64,000 nt of DNA from Lama guanicoe (lineage: Eukaryota), in contig MU057351.1 in the NCBI GenBank assembly GCA_013239625.1, positions 5,626,625-5,690,624 of the forward strand, given 5' to 3'. Numbering within the stretch: the first letter of the stretch is position 1; each line of letters begins with the position of its first letter. The translations under genes were made by a program, and so were the position numbers. This document shows, one piece after another, positions 41,710 through 53,255 of the stretch. Under the pieces are notes generated by a model. That model saw only the letters and a list, made by a program, of their open reading frames with translations, did not search any database and was not told the origin of the DNA.

Positions 41710-41835
41710 GTTCATTCAGCATTTATTTGATTCATGTTTATCAATTGACCACAATGTTCAAGAGCTATGCTAGGCACTGGAGATGCAGTGGTGAAAAATA
41801 GACATGGCCACAGCCCCCGTGGAGCTGATCTATAA
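41710..41835 (-). mobile_element. L2 3' end
   Basis: ttcattcagcatttatt...tatgctaggcactggagatgcagtggtgaa...catggccacagcccccgtggagct. Confidence 0.75.
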
Positions 41836-42369
41836 AGTGAGTAAAAGAACGAGGGACAAAGAATGTGTATCATTTTCAGTATCAAGTATAATGCCGTGAT
41901 CATTGTCATGGTACTGAGGATACTTTTGAGGAAGGATCTAATATTCTGTGTTTGTTGCTAAGCAATCTTGTATCTGCCTAGTAAAGGAATGTTAGCTGTT
42001 GGTGTGAATGCTTTTGCTACAAGTAGAATTTTTTAGTTTCTTCAGGTAGCGTTTGAAAAGCTGTGTGGTATAAATAAATTTCAATAAATCCAACATTGTC
42101 CCTTCCAGGCTTTTAACATTAACATAGGACCCCCTCTAGAAATAAATATTTCATATCCATTTCATATTATGAAGCATAAATTTGAAAAGAGAAGAGTTAT
42201 GTTTGGTCATTTAAATCATCAAAGATTGTGTCTTAGAACTAACTTTCTTTCCAGTTTACACTCTAAATTAAACTCAGGTTTATGATTGACTGGAAACTGC
42301 CAATAAAAAGCAATCAATCAGGTGTAGTATCAAAGAAGTAAAGTATAAATGATATAAAACGAGTTTCAA

Positions 42370-44790
42370 ATTTTTAAACCTAAGCTTCTTGTTCAATATG
42401 GCAGTCTAACCTCCTAAAATATTAATGAATTACAGAAAACCATCTTTAAACGTATAAAATGAAGAACGTAGGAGTCTTAACAGCAAAGGAGAGATTTTGA
42501 AAAGTTCTAGAAATTGAAAAATATTGGATGAGCAGCAAATGATGTACCAGTGAAGAAGCAACCACTACCTAGAGTGTATGCAGAGGTGACCGCAGGCAAA
42601 GAGGGGCCAGTCTGCCCTGTGGAGCCCTAGAAGGCTCAGAACTTAGAATGTCTGAGAGAGGATGGAAGTGAGATGTGTGACTAAAAACAGGCACTTAATT
42701 GGTTACATATGATACTATCAAAAGCTCCTACCCCAGTTTACAGAGTGCAGGAAATTGTACCATTTCTCAGGCAAATATAACAAAGGGCCTTCCCAGGAGT
42801 CGTTATCAACATGGCTCTAGGGAAGCTTGTGTAGGCCGTGACACCCCAGAACAAGGCCTTTGAATTATGGCAAGTGTCTGTTCTTCAGTAAAATGGCCAG
42901 CTTCCCGATCACATTTCATTTATTGAACTGCCAGTAAATAGGATCCTACCAGTGTTTAGAGAGCTACCAGTCAGCCATTTTACTAGTTCCTAGTTAGAAA
43001 CAGAAACAAGTGTCTCTCATCCTTTGAGAAAAGCCAGCATATATGAGTGAAAAAGGCCACGAAAACCAGTCATAAAAAAAGCAGGCAGACGGGTTGATGG
43101 CAACATTCTGAAGGAAACAGAAAATTTAGGATGAACAACAACAAAAAAATCCTTAAAAATTCTAATTTATACCACAGAAAGGTGAGAAAACAATGCACCT
43201 GTAAAATAAGAACAGGATGCTATAAAAAAGAATAGGATGCTCTAAAAAAGAAATTATAGATCAAGTAAGTGCCCATGGCATTTAAAAATGTGATTATCAA
43301 ACTAGAAAATCAATTGGTTGAACAATAAGATTAAGTCAATTTAAAAGAAAGTAAAGCAAGTCGAAAGATAAATGGAAAATAAAATGGAAATGCAAGGGGG
43401 AAGGATTAATCTCAAAGACCAACTCTCAACAAATAGGAATTTCAGAAACAGAAAAAAAAGAAAGACTAAAGTGAGAAGCTAAAGTTGAAGGCCATGAGAA
43501 ATTAGCACTAAAGCATCCACTGAATGTTCAGAACAATGAATAAATGCAAACTCAAATTCGATACATTATTTAAATTTATAGAACACTAAGGATAAAGAGA
43601 AGACTCTAAAAGGCAGAGGGGGGAAAACTAACTTTCACAGAGGAATGAATGAGAATCAGATTGGATCAGTCTTCACACCAGCCATAGTAAAAGACTGAAT
43701 TAATGTCTTAAAATTTCTGAGGGAAGATATTTTAAACCTAGAATTCTACATGCAGCCAAATTATCAATAAAGTGTGAAAATTGAATAAAGCACATTTTTA
43801 GACAAGAAAGAGCTCAGAAAAATTGTTTCCTATATGCTAAACCTTAGGAGTTTACTTGAGCAAAATGGGTAGAGGTGGAAGGAGTAATACAAAAAGCATG
43901 ACATGAGATCCAATGCAGAAAACACTGGCTACAACCTCAGAAAGTAATGAAGGGGTGTCTCAGCTTTAAAGTTGTGCAGATAGCTTGAAGAGAAATTTGT
44001 CAACACTGAAGCAGAAAAGGAGAGGCTTATGGAGGGAGGTTTTAGACAGAACAGATTCCAAAGATTTTATACCATCTTGGAGGATCTGTAAAACTTACAG
44101 AGGCAACAAAGACAGATAATTCAAAAAAAAGAAAAAAAAAAGTAACAGGAAACTCCCAAGAAAAACAAAAAGCTGTATAAGAGAAAATATAACTATGGTT
44201 GTACAATAAATAATATTTACATTGTCACAACAATTTTAAAACGATTTTGAATTTTATATTCAACTTATAAAAAAGTTCATAAACTATGAATTAAAAAAAG
44301 TGTAATGTCACCAATTTTGGTAAGATAAATACAAAATACAAAGAATGCTATTTGGGTGGTGAAAGATGAGAGGAGAGTGAAAGTGTGAACTCGAAGGATA
44401 TTATATGAGGTTGTTGCATCAAGAAATACATGTGAAAATGTATTAGAATTAAAAAGGCAAACAATGTAGAAACTAAAAAATAGTGATGAAACTACATTGG
44501 GGAAATGGGTGGGAAAGAGTACAGATAACCTGTATCTGCATTCCCATGGTAGGAAATTTATGACTCTCCAAAATTAATAAATAACAACAAAAAAGATGTA
44601 AAAACTTATTATTTAACAATATGGTGGTATCCTAAGAAAGAACAATCAGAAACAGTTTAAAACATGTGATTCTTTATGAGGGGCTATACTGGAAAGAGAG
44701 AAAGTTAGGGCAGGAGATTGGCTTTTCATTTTAAGTCATTCTATAGTATTTTTTAAAACCATGTATATGCTTTACTTTGATTAAAAATTT
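42370..44790 (+). mobile_element. near full-length HAL1 (ORF1-only L1 derivative), degenerate
   Basis: aagaacaggatgctataaaaaag (43208), ORF1 C-terminal motif ttttaaacctagaattctacatgcagccaaattatcaa (43730), no ORF2 downstream, and a HAL1-like 3' end (aaaccatgtatatgctttactttgattaaaaa). Confidence 0.7.
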
Positions 44791-45234
44791 TATAGAAATA
44801 TATAATTAAATATAATAAATCTATAATCATAAATAAATAAGTTAGTAAGGGACAGAGAGAGCTCCTCTCAGAGGAAAATTAATGACCAGATTAAAAAGAC
44901 TGTCTACTCTCATTTCAAGCTTCTTCATGCCCTGGCACAAATCTTCCTCATATTTCAGGCCTCCTCCAGATGAGACATTCTTAATACTTCCAAGATAGTA
45001 CTTTCAGTGGGGAGCAGGGAGATTGTTTGCAAGTTTATTTCTGACATACAAAGAACATAACTGATTTCATATTTAGTGTAACAGAAACGTTCTCTGAAAA
45101 TATCAGAATGGAAAAAATTGAGGTGAGGATGTTGTGAAAGTAACTAGGGGAGCCTAACCTAACTGAATATTGACATTTAAATTTTCAAAACAGCTGCAAT
45201 TAGGATCCAATTCAATCTTTTATATCCCACATAA

Positions 45235-45445
45235 TAATAACTGATATTTATTATGTACTTATTTTATATCAAGTACTTTGCATCCATTATGTTTGTTCAT
45301 TAAAATTCTGTGGGGTTAGTATTTTCACTGCCAATTTTACAGTTGAAGAAGTGAGGCTCAGAGAGGTTAGGTAACTGGTCCAAGGTCTCACAGTCAAAAA
45401 ACGGGGAGTTAAGGATGTGAATCCAGCTCACCTGACTACAGTTCA
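45235..45445 (-). mobile_element. MIR SINE
   Basis: attttacagttgaagaagtgaggctcagagaggttaggtaactggtccaaggtctcacag. Confidence 0.85.
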
Positions 45446-45457
45446 TGTTATGCTGCC

Positions 45458-45512
45458 ATCTATCTATCTATCTACCTACCTACTTACCTACCTACCTACC
45501 TACCAACATACC
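45458..45512 (+). repeat. compound (ATCT)n/(ACCT)n microsatellite
   Basis: atctatctatctatctacctacctacttacctacctacctacctacc. Confidence 0.9.
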
Positions 45513-45640
45513 TGTCTGTTTATTTGCCTTTCGCAATGTAAGTGTAATCCTTGGATTCTTGGAAACAAGCACCCTCTATTTTTCTGAGATTTCTCCATGT
45601 TCTTATACTTCGTAGGAACGAATTATGTGAGCATCAATTT

Positions 45641-45694
45641 TTTTAAACTTTTTTTGTTATTGAGTTATAGTCATTTTACAATGTTGTGTCAAAT
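45641..45694 (-). mobile_element. 54-bp, extremely 5'-truncated L1 insertion with 15-bp target-site duplication
   Basis: Perfect direct repeat TGTGAGCATCAATTT at 45626-45640 and 45695-45709 flanking a T-tract plus ttgagttatagtcattttacaatgttgtgtcaaat. Confidence 0.85.
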
Positions 45695-45724
45695 TGTGAG
45701 CATCAATTTAACACTGTTTTGTAT

Positions 45725-45935
45725 GAGGTCTTGTCTAATGGCTAAGAGCTCTGTCTCTAGAATCAGACTGCCTTTTTTTGAATCTGGCTCCAGCATAAAC
45801 CAGTCATCAGCATCATATGATGCCGAGCAGTGAATTTCCTCACCTGTTAAATGGGCATAATAGTCCATGTTTCAGAGGGTTTTCCTGGGAGATTGAGATC
45901 ATCCACACAAAACGCTAAGAACAATGTCTGACATG
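45725..45935 (+). mobile_element. MIR SINE
   Basis: taatggctaagagctctgtctctagaatcagactgcc...tttcctcacctgttaaatgggcataatagt. Confidence 0.75.
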
Positions 45936-48900
45936 GTAACCTTCTGGTCTTCCCAATGAAGTTTAGATTTTACTTTCCCCATTTCCATCAGTCAGGAGAC
46001 TTTTAAAAAGAATTTTATTATAATGAATGCTTAACAATTTATCTCAGATTTATGACATGTATTTAGTATTTTATTGTGTTCATTTTGTGTTTTTCATTTA
46101 TGAGCACTTATAATAATAAGGACCCAATATAGGAATCACTCCAAATCTGCCACTTCTCCTTTGGTTCTGAACAGTCAGATATTAGGTACCTTGCATATTT
46201 ATTCATTCAGTTACTAATTCACTTGTTCTCTGAAACATGTGCCAGGTATGTTGATAGGAATAAGGTGAAGACATACCAGCAAAAAGGCAGGTAATATGGT
46301 ACCTAAATTGGTATTTGATTTCTGTCTTGTGTGAATGCTGGCTGTGGTAGGAATTAAGATAATAGTGTGTAGAATTCTGAATGTGCCTCTGTTAAGTCAC
46401 TTGTAATCTGTTAACATTTAACAATTAAATGATTGTGGACTAGTGCAGCAGAATGGTGCCAAAAATCCTGTCAATGAATGCAAGAGGACCTTAAGCAGCT
46501 TATTGAAATTAAAAGAAAAAAAAAGTTAAAGTTTCAAAAATGGTATTCAGCTTTTATTCTGTGATGAGAAGAAAAATGCCAGTGCTTTAATTGCAAACAT
46601 GATTTCCTAAAACATTCCAGGTTTTCCTTGGGGACTTTCAGGGCCAGGGATTGACTATCCCTGTGCCTGCTTGGAAAGAAAAGGGCTTGATCAAAGTGCT
46701 ACGTCCGCTGGCACAGTTTAATCACTTAATACCTTTTTCCAATTGAAAACATAACCCAACCCCCTTCAGATGATGGAGCACCTACACTTGATCTGTGTAT
46801 GGCTTGTGCAGTCACTGATATTTCAAGGGAAGTCTTGTAATTGTCAAAATAGAAATTAATTTCATAGACTTGGGGCCAAGCTGAAAAAAATAAAAATTCA
46901 TTGTAGTAATCTGCTGCTGATGAGTACTGAAAATGTTGCTCAGACTAAATAAGCTGTGTCAGCCCGGAAGAATGGGCTTAGATGTGGGCTGAGTACTGGG
47001 AATAGTGGAAGGATGGAGGGAGAAGACGCAGAGAACTGAGGAAAGACTTTATTACTGGTGGAAAAGATAACTTCAAGGTCACTCTCAGAGAATATTTTCT
47101 CTACATAGTTTCTGATTCTTATAATTGCAGAAATCTAAACTGTCTTCCAGAGAAAGTTGTATTATCAAAGGCATTAATTCACTGACTTAAATAGCTAGAG
47201 AAAAAGATTTAAGCTTTTTTTAGGGATGCACAGATCTTCTAGATAACACCATTCCTGAGATCCTCATTTCCACAAGTAGATGGAGTGCTATTGTAGAAGT
47301 TCACTGAGCATTTGGCGCCTTTAAATTAGTGTAGGAACCAATCCTTCCATGCATGCAAAGGAATGCAGATGCTTTGTTGGTAGTGTTTTTGCTTATGAAT
47401 GCTTCCAGTATAGATCAGTTGTTCTTAAACTTTTTAGAATTGTGAATCTCTTCAGAAATTTAGTGAAAGACTTGCCCTCATTTACAGAAAAGTAGATATA
47501 TGCATAAAAATACAAAATTCTTTATGATCCTTCCTGTGCATTCGTGAACGGTTAGATGGTTAGGGCTGATGGATCAGGCTAGGAGTTCCTCTTAGCAGTT
47601 AAAACATGGGGTATTACATAAAGTAGACAGTTTAAATAAGGCTAATTGTATACAATAGGAAAATATTGATTTTGAGATTAAAACTGTCTTACTATTTTAT
47701 GTAACTGCAAAATATAATGAAGTGAAATCTGTCATAAACTGTACAATTTTTGAACTGTAGGTTATTTATTTTCCAAAATTAACAATGAGACCCAGTAGGG
47801 ACAAAAGACTTAATCAAGTTCACCTAGCTAGTTTATAGCAGAGAAAATGCTATATTATATTCTATGCATGTAAGTATGTATGTGTACTAAACTTTCGAAC
47901 TGCTATATGAACAGAGTAAAGGACAAATTTAACTTTTAAAAATGTACCGTTGCTTGTGAATAATATCTATTCTAATTTCTACCCCAACATATTAGGGCAT
48001 TATGTAGCAAAAGGAGAAATCAAATTAAGAAATGCTTATAACTTTATTAAATCGGAAGACTTCACTAGAACAAATATTCTTAACATCTATACATTTTTAA
48101 AATGTCACCTATTTCTAATTCAATTGTAAAAAATACAGTATATTTATTTTTTCAAAGAATTTTGAAAGCAATTTTCATGAAGCTTTAAATTCAAGAAAAA
48201 ATTTCAACATTGCTTTCCAGGGAAGATTATTTGAAAACAGAAATGCTTTTTCAATTATTAAATCGATCAATTTGTTAAAAATTAAATGGCTTCAGTTCAT
48301 GAATCAGATACCAACAAGCAGAACAAATAGGAAATAAATTGGGTGCTATTAGGAAGGATTTTAATATTGCAGTATTTTCATAGCTGTGTATTGGACCCTA
48401 CTGTGAAGCACCGCCTGGGGGTGGAGAGGGGCCCAGGCACCTGCCTGGGCTTGCCGGGCAGTTGGTCTGTGGCTCACACTCCGAGAAAACCAGACGTCGA
48501 TCCTCAGCTTGTCCTGTTGAGGCATCGCTGCCCCCTGTGGAACTGCTTTTGTTTTGAAAAACTGGCACTTTTGAGACTAGAACCGTCCATTCTTCATTCA
48601 TCCTCTACCCTTAGAAGCTTTAGGGAGGGAATGTTGTTTTGACCTTAAGCTCCTTCCAGAAGACTGGGTTCTGAAGGATGTTACCGCCAGGTGATTAATT
48701 CCCACTCTGGAGGCCGTCAGCCCCCTGGAGACAGCTGGTGTCCGCTCGTGGAGGGCAGGAGCCACCTCCTGTCACCCTGGGTGCACCCTGCTGCGCTGGG
48801 CTCAGGGTGCGACTTTTCTCCGCCCCTTACGCCCTGCCAAGTTTCAGGGTTCAGATTCTGGGCGTTGGCACTCACTTCCAGAGAACATGGGCCAGCGTAG

Positions 48901-48979
48901 CCAAAGGGATCAAAGACTCCAGATCCGTCGCCCGCAGGAGGCACGAGATTGGCCCTTCACTTCCTGAAAGTTCTGTCTC

Positions 48980-49000
48980 TTCAGCACCGTGGGGAGAGCC
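48980..49000 (+). promoter_or_regulatory. REST/NRSF RE1-like site
   Basis: TTCAGCACCGTGGGGAGAGCC versus consensus TTCAGCACCnnGGACAGmGCC: perfect left half, canonical 2-bp spacer, two mismatches in the right half. Confidence 0.55.
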
Positions 49001-52000
49001 AGAGAGGATACAATTGCCTCTCAAATCGCAGTGCTGGGAAGGGCAGGCTCGGTGGGACGGGAAGGAGGCGCGCGTGTCTGCCACTCGCGAACTCGGCCCC
49101 TGGCCCAGTCCTCCCCTCGCCAGCCGGGTGAGAACGCGGGAAATGGGTGGGAAGTGGCACCCCCTAGTTCTGCATTCTTGCTTATGCTGGAGGACATTGC
49201 TTGCGGTCTAGCTTTTGTCTTGATTTACTTTTTTGACTTCTACTTTTCCTTTTCTGTTTGGAAACATGTAGCTGTTCTATTTACCGCCCCCCCTCCGCCG
49301 CCAACACGTCCTCTTTGCCCTTTGTCTGCACCCCTAGCGCCCAAGATGATGTGTCAGCAGCTATCCTGACTTGCTTCGAGTGACCAGAGCCCACCGCCTC
49401 GTCTGCCAGCCCTGACCCCCGAGAGCCCCGAGGTCATACAGCTCGATTCCAGGAGTGGGGTCCCCCCTCTCTGGGCACTGCTTTGGGGATTTTTCCACCC
49501 ACCACGGATTGGAAGTCAGAGAGCAACCACTATCAAGGGCGTTACAACAGCGAGAAGCCCGGCGAAAGGCTGGGCCAAGCCCCACCTACATCCTCTCCTT
49601 TGGTCTCAAAGACTTCTTAGGGACCCTAGCCCCTTCTCTTCATCGAAGCTTTACACCTCTCTTCTGTTCATGAATTCCCAACAGGAAGGCAGGCGACGAG
49701 GGAGGGACCATGGGGGAAAAAAAGAGAGAACAGGAGACACATTATATATTTATTTTATATAAAGAGATGGATACATATATAATTTTAGATTTTCTTACGA
49801 ATTAGAGTGCTGAGGCTACAGGAAACCTATTTTTAACACCCTCTTCTCTCATAACGGCCTTGATTGCTTAAATTGCTTCTAATTGGGTGGCACACGTTAC
49901 TGGAGACGAAGGACGCATGACAAGCAGCTCTCATTCTTTTGCAGATTTAGATGTCTCCGGATGAATATATTTCCTGATCAGGGACAAACTAGAAAACTCA
50001 AACTGCCCACAGTTTTCCTAAGGGGTTTGTGCAAGAGGGGAGAACTGTCTTGACCATCACACAGTCATGCAAATAGATGGCATTTTACAGAATACACCGC
50101 ATAATAATCCAGTGCCAACGTTTTCCTGGCTTGACACAAAGAGTAAACATACTTTTTTTTAAAACTCACTTAGCCTTCTCTTACTTAGCGTCTGTAAAAG
50201 TTTTCAGCAAATCTCTTTTAAAACGTGCATAGACATTAGCTTCTCCCTCCCTCCGCCTTCCCCTTGCCCAAGGCTTGGGCGGCCCTGTGTGCCCCTGGTG
50301 TGGCGTGCCAGCCCCGACAGCCTCGAGCAAGGTCATTACCGTGCGGGCGGGCGCATTTTAGCATCTCGGGAGAGTCGGCGACCCGCCGGTACCCTGGGAG
50401 AGTAGTTCTTGGATCACTCAGAAGTGTGTCCGCAACTTGAGTGTGCTGAGGGATAGGGTCCGAGGTGAGGGCTAATTTGTCTAAGGTGCTCTCTGGCCAC
50501 TGGTGGGTAGGGCGCCTCAGAGAACAAACATCTGAAGATGGTGAATTGAAATACGGTCAACTGAACAAATGTGACATAGAGACATAAATCTCCTTATCTC
50601 CCCAAACTGCAGTTTCACTTTTTGCTTTACCTCTAAACAAATACATAAAGTTGTATTAGGCCAGAAGAAACATGTCTAGAAGAAATGTCCCTTACTGTGT
50701 CAACTTTAAAGGCGCCGGATTTTCCTTGCAATTCTTTGTTTTTATGAAAAGAAAAACCCAGAATGGCACGGGGAAACCCTCTTGAGGGCACCTTAAATTG
50801 CATCACAGCAGAGTCCTGGGCAAAGCTGCAACACCCCAGGGCAAGGGCGCTTGTGGGTCCTTCAAAGGCGAGTCCACCCAGGTCACCTGCCTGGAGAGTA
50901 GGGCGGAGGCAGCATCCCTGCCCCTAGCGAGTCGCCTGCTCCTTGCCCGCTGAGCTCATGCACAACTTTTCCATTTATGCATCAAAGTAAGAACACCTCG
51001 ATTTTGGATTAATCTAATACTTATGGTGCATTAAAGGCCAACTGCTATACAGCTTTACATTTTACATTGGCCCTCAGAGTGAGTTTATTAGCTTCATGAA
51101 GAAAGATTTGGGCAATAAGGAATTCTCAACGGTGGCATTCCAATTTTGGTTCCTGCCGTAGGCATGCATGTGCCTCACCTCTGGCCTTGGTTGGGTCCCA
51201 AATAGTGCTGAAACTCCCTGGCTGTCTTTAGAAGGTTCTCACTTATGCAAGCGGCCTCTCTACTAGTTCCTTGAAGGGTGGAGGTACAACGTCGAGGAAA
51301 ACATCCCGCGTTGGAGGCACTGGCAACTCTAAAGGGTCATAAAAATCCCTCCCTTTTGGCGACGGTTTAAAAAAAAAACTGAGAGGCAACATCAAAGCTT
51401 CTTTAAAAAAAAAAAAAGTAGCCCTGGTGGCTCAAACCCGATCTTTTGGCTGGCAAAGAAACAATTTCCTGGAAACGAAATTGACATTCAAAGAGGATGA
51501 GGCAAAGCTCAGCGCCCTTGGCCACATTTTGGACCCCAGAATGGCACTTCCCGTCCCCAGCCCGTTTAGAAAGAGAAAGGAAAAGGAGCGGAGAGAGGGC
51601 AAAAAGGGGGAGAGGGGAGGGCGCAGGAGAGAAAGAAAGGGAAAAGAGGGGATATTTAGCAAGTTAAGAGGTTAAATATTTGAACAGATATGTAAATATA
51701 TAGACAGCCCTTGTTATTTGGAATGTGTAATACTGCCTTTTGTGGTGCCGTCTGGCTGGGAGGTTGCGGAGAGGACCGCTCGCTCCCCAGCACCTTCCTT
51801 CCTGGGAAATTAACTGGAGAGTTCAGGAGCTCACAAAACAAAAATAAGGGTACTCTCCTTTGGGGAAAGGGGATTCTTCTTCTGTCCTGTCTTTAAAAAA
51901 TAAGAAAGACGGGGGGAAAAAGAAACTAAAGGAGAAGCATAATAAATGAAAAAAATTTTTTTCTCCTTAGGTGTGATTTTTCAGGAGCATCCAGAAAGCC

Positions 52001-52587
52001 ATCTTCAGGCTGAAGTAATTTCAAAGTATTGTTTAAGCTGATGATATACTCTAGCTCTCAGTTATCTATTGTGCATCCATTATTTCTTTGAGCCCAACTC
52101 TCTTGTCTGAAAAGCGTGCGTGCGTGCGTGTCTGTGTCTGTGTCTGTGTCTGTGTGTGTTTACACACACTGGGCTCACTAACGGTGCTTCCGTGGCTGAG
52201 CAGGGTGGGTTTCTTTATGTTTTTCTCGCGTTAGTGTTTTCTGGAAAACTGCACTGAGCACTGTCGATGGCATCTATCTTCTGCTTGTGCCCGTGGGAGG
52301 AGGACACAGCCTGTGGGTGTGTCCCGCCCACCGTTGCGCCGGCGTGTGCGTGCGCGCGGGCGCGCCTGTGTGTGTGTGTGTGTACGCATTCTCTGATGTG
52401 TGCCTCAAATGGAGCCTTTTTTTTTTGGCCTGTGTCTGCGTGCTGTGTATATTAGTATTATGCAAATAGAATCATTCCGCTTGAGTATTTTTTGGAGGGG
52501 GAGGGTATGAGCCATTTAAATTCTTCTCTCAGATTTTCTCAGCATTCTTTCCACTGCGTGTAAATTCACTTGGATGCCTTTTCTGTG

Positions 52588-52590
<3 letters not shown>

Positions 52591-52622
<32 letters not shown>
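52591..52622 (+). repeat. (TG)16 microsatellite
   Basis: Perfect dinucleotide run. Confidence 0.97.
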
Positions 52623-52623
<1 letters not shown>

Positions 52624-52870
52624 TAGAGAGAGTGTTCTGGTCAGTAGATGTGTGGGAGTGTGGATAGCCTATGAGCACCTTGTGAGTGATGTGTGTTCTC
52701 TCCTGTATGTCTCTGCCCCCTCCATATTTTGTGTTCTCAGGATGATTATGTGCATATTTACATATGTGTGCCTATTCTGTCTACATGTATTGTCTTTCTC
52801 TGTAATCCACCCATTTCATATTTATTCTCTTATCTTTTGCAAAGTGCCTTTTTTTTCATTCCTCGAAGAA

Positions 52871-53018
52871 NNNNNNNNNNNNNNNNNNNNNNNNNNNNNN
52901 NNNNNNNNNNNNNNNNNNNNNNNNNNNNNNNNNNNNNNNNNNNNNNNNNNNNNNNNNNNNNNNNNNNNNNNNNNNNNNNNNNNNNNNNNNNNNNNNNNNN
53001 NNNNNNNNNNNNNNNNNN
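52871..53018. other. assembly gap (148 N)
   Basis: Run of N next to a G-rich tract. Confidence 1.
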
Positions 53019-53096
53019 GGGGGGTGGGGACAGGCAGGGAGGTGGGGTGCGGGTGAGAGGAGAAAAGCAGCTTTTAACCAGAACAAAGATGGGACA

Positions 53097-53115
53097 TTGC
53101 GCCCCCTCGCGGCCA
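53097..53115 (-). promoter_or_regulatory. CTCF-like site
   Basis: Minus strand TGGCCGCGAGGGGGCGCAA versus consensus TGGCCACCAGGGGGCGCTA (16/19 matches). Confidence 0.7.
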
Positions 53116-53228
53116 GGCTTCATATTGCGCAGACCTGGCCCTCTGTGGCTTTCTGTAGCTAAATGAATCTTATAATTTCCTCCGTCAAACCATTCAGCAG
53201 CCGCTTCTCAGACCCGGCCTCCAGCCCC

Positions 53229-53255
53229 CAGCCAATCACCAGGCGCCATGCAAAT
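53229..53255 (+). promoter_or_regulatory. NF-Y CCAAT box plus POU octamer
   Basis: CAGCCAATCAC (CCAAT at 53232-53236) followed by ATGCAAAT at 53248-53255. Confidence 0.55.

Noticed and set aside
48738-49369. 157-aa and 126-aa ORFs in the CpG domain
   Set aside because: Overlapping ORFs occur on both strands, as is typical of GC-rich DNA; no homology or exon structure is recognisable.
51427-51675. Basic K/R/E/G-rich ORF
   Set aside because: Translation of a polypurine tract with a non-ATG start.
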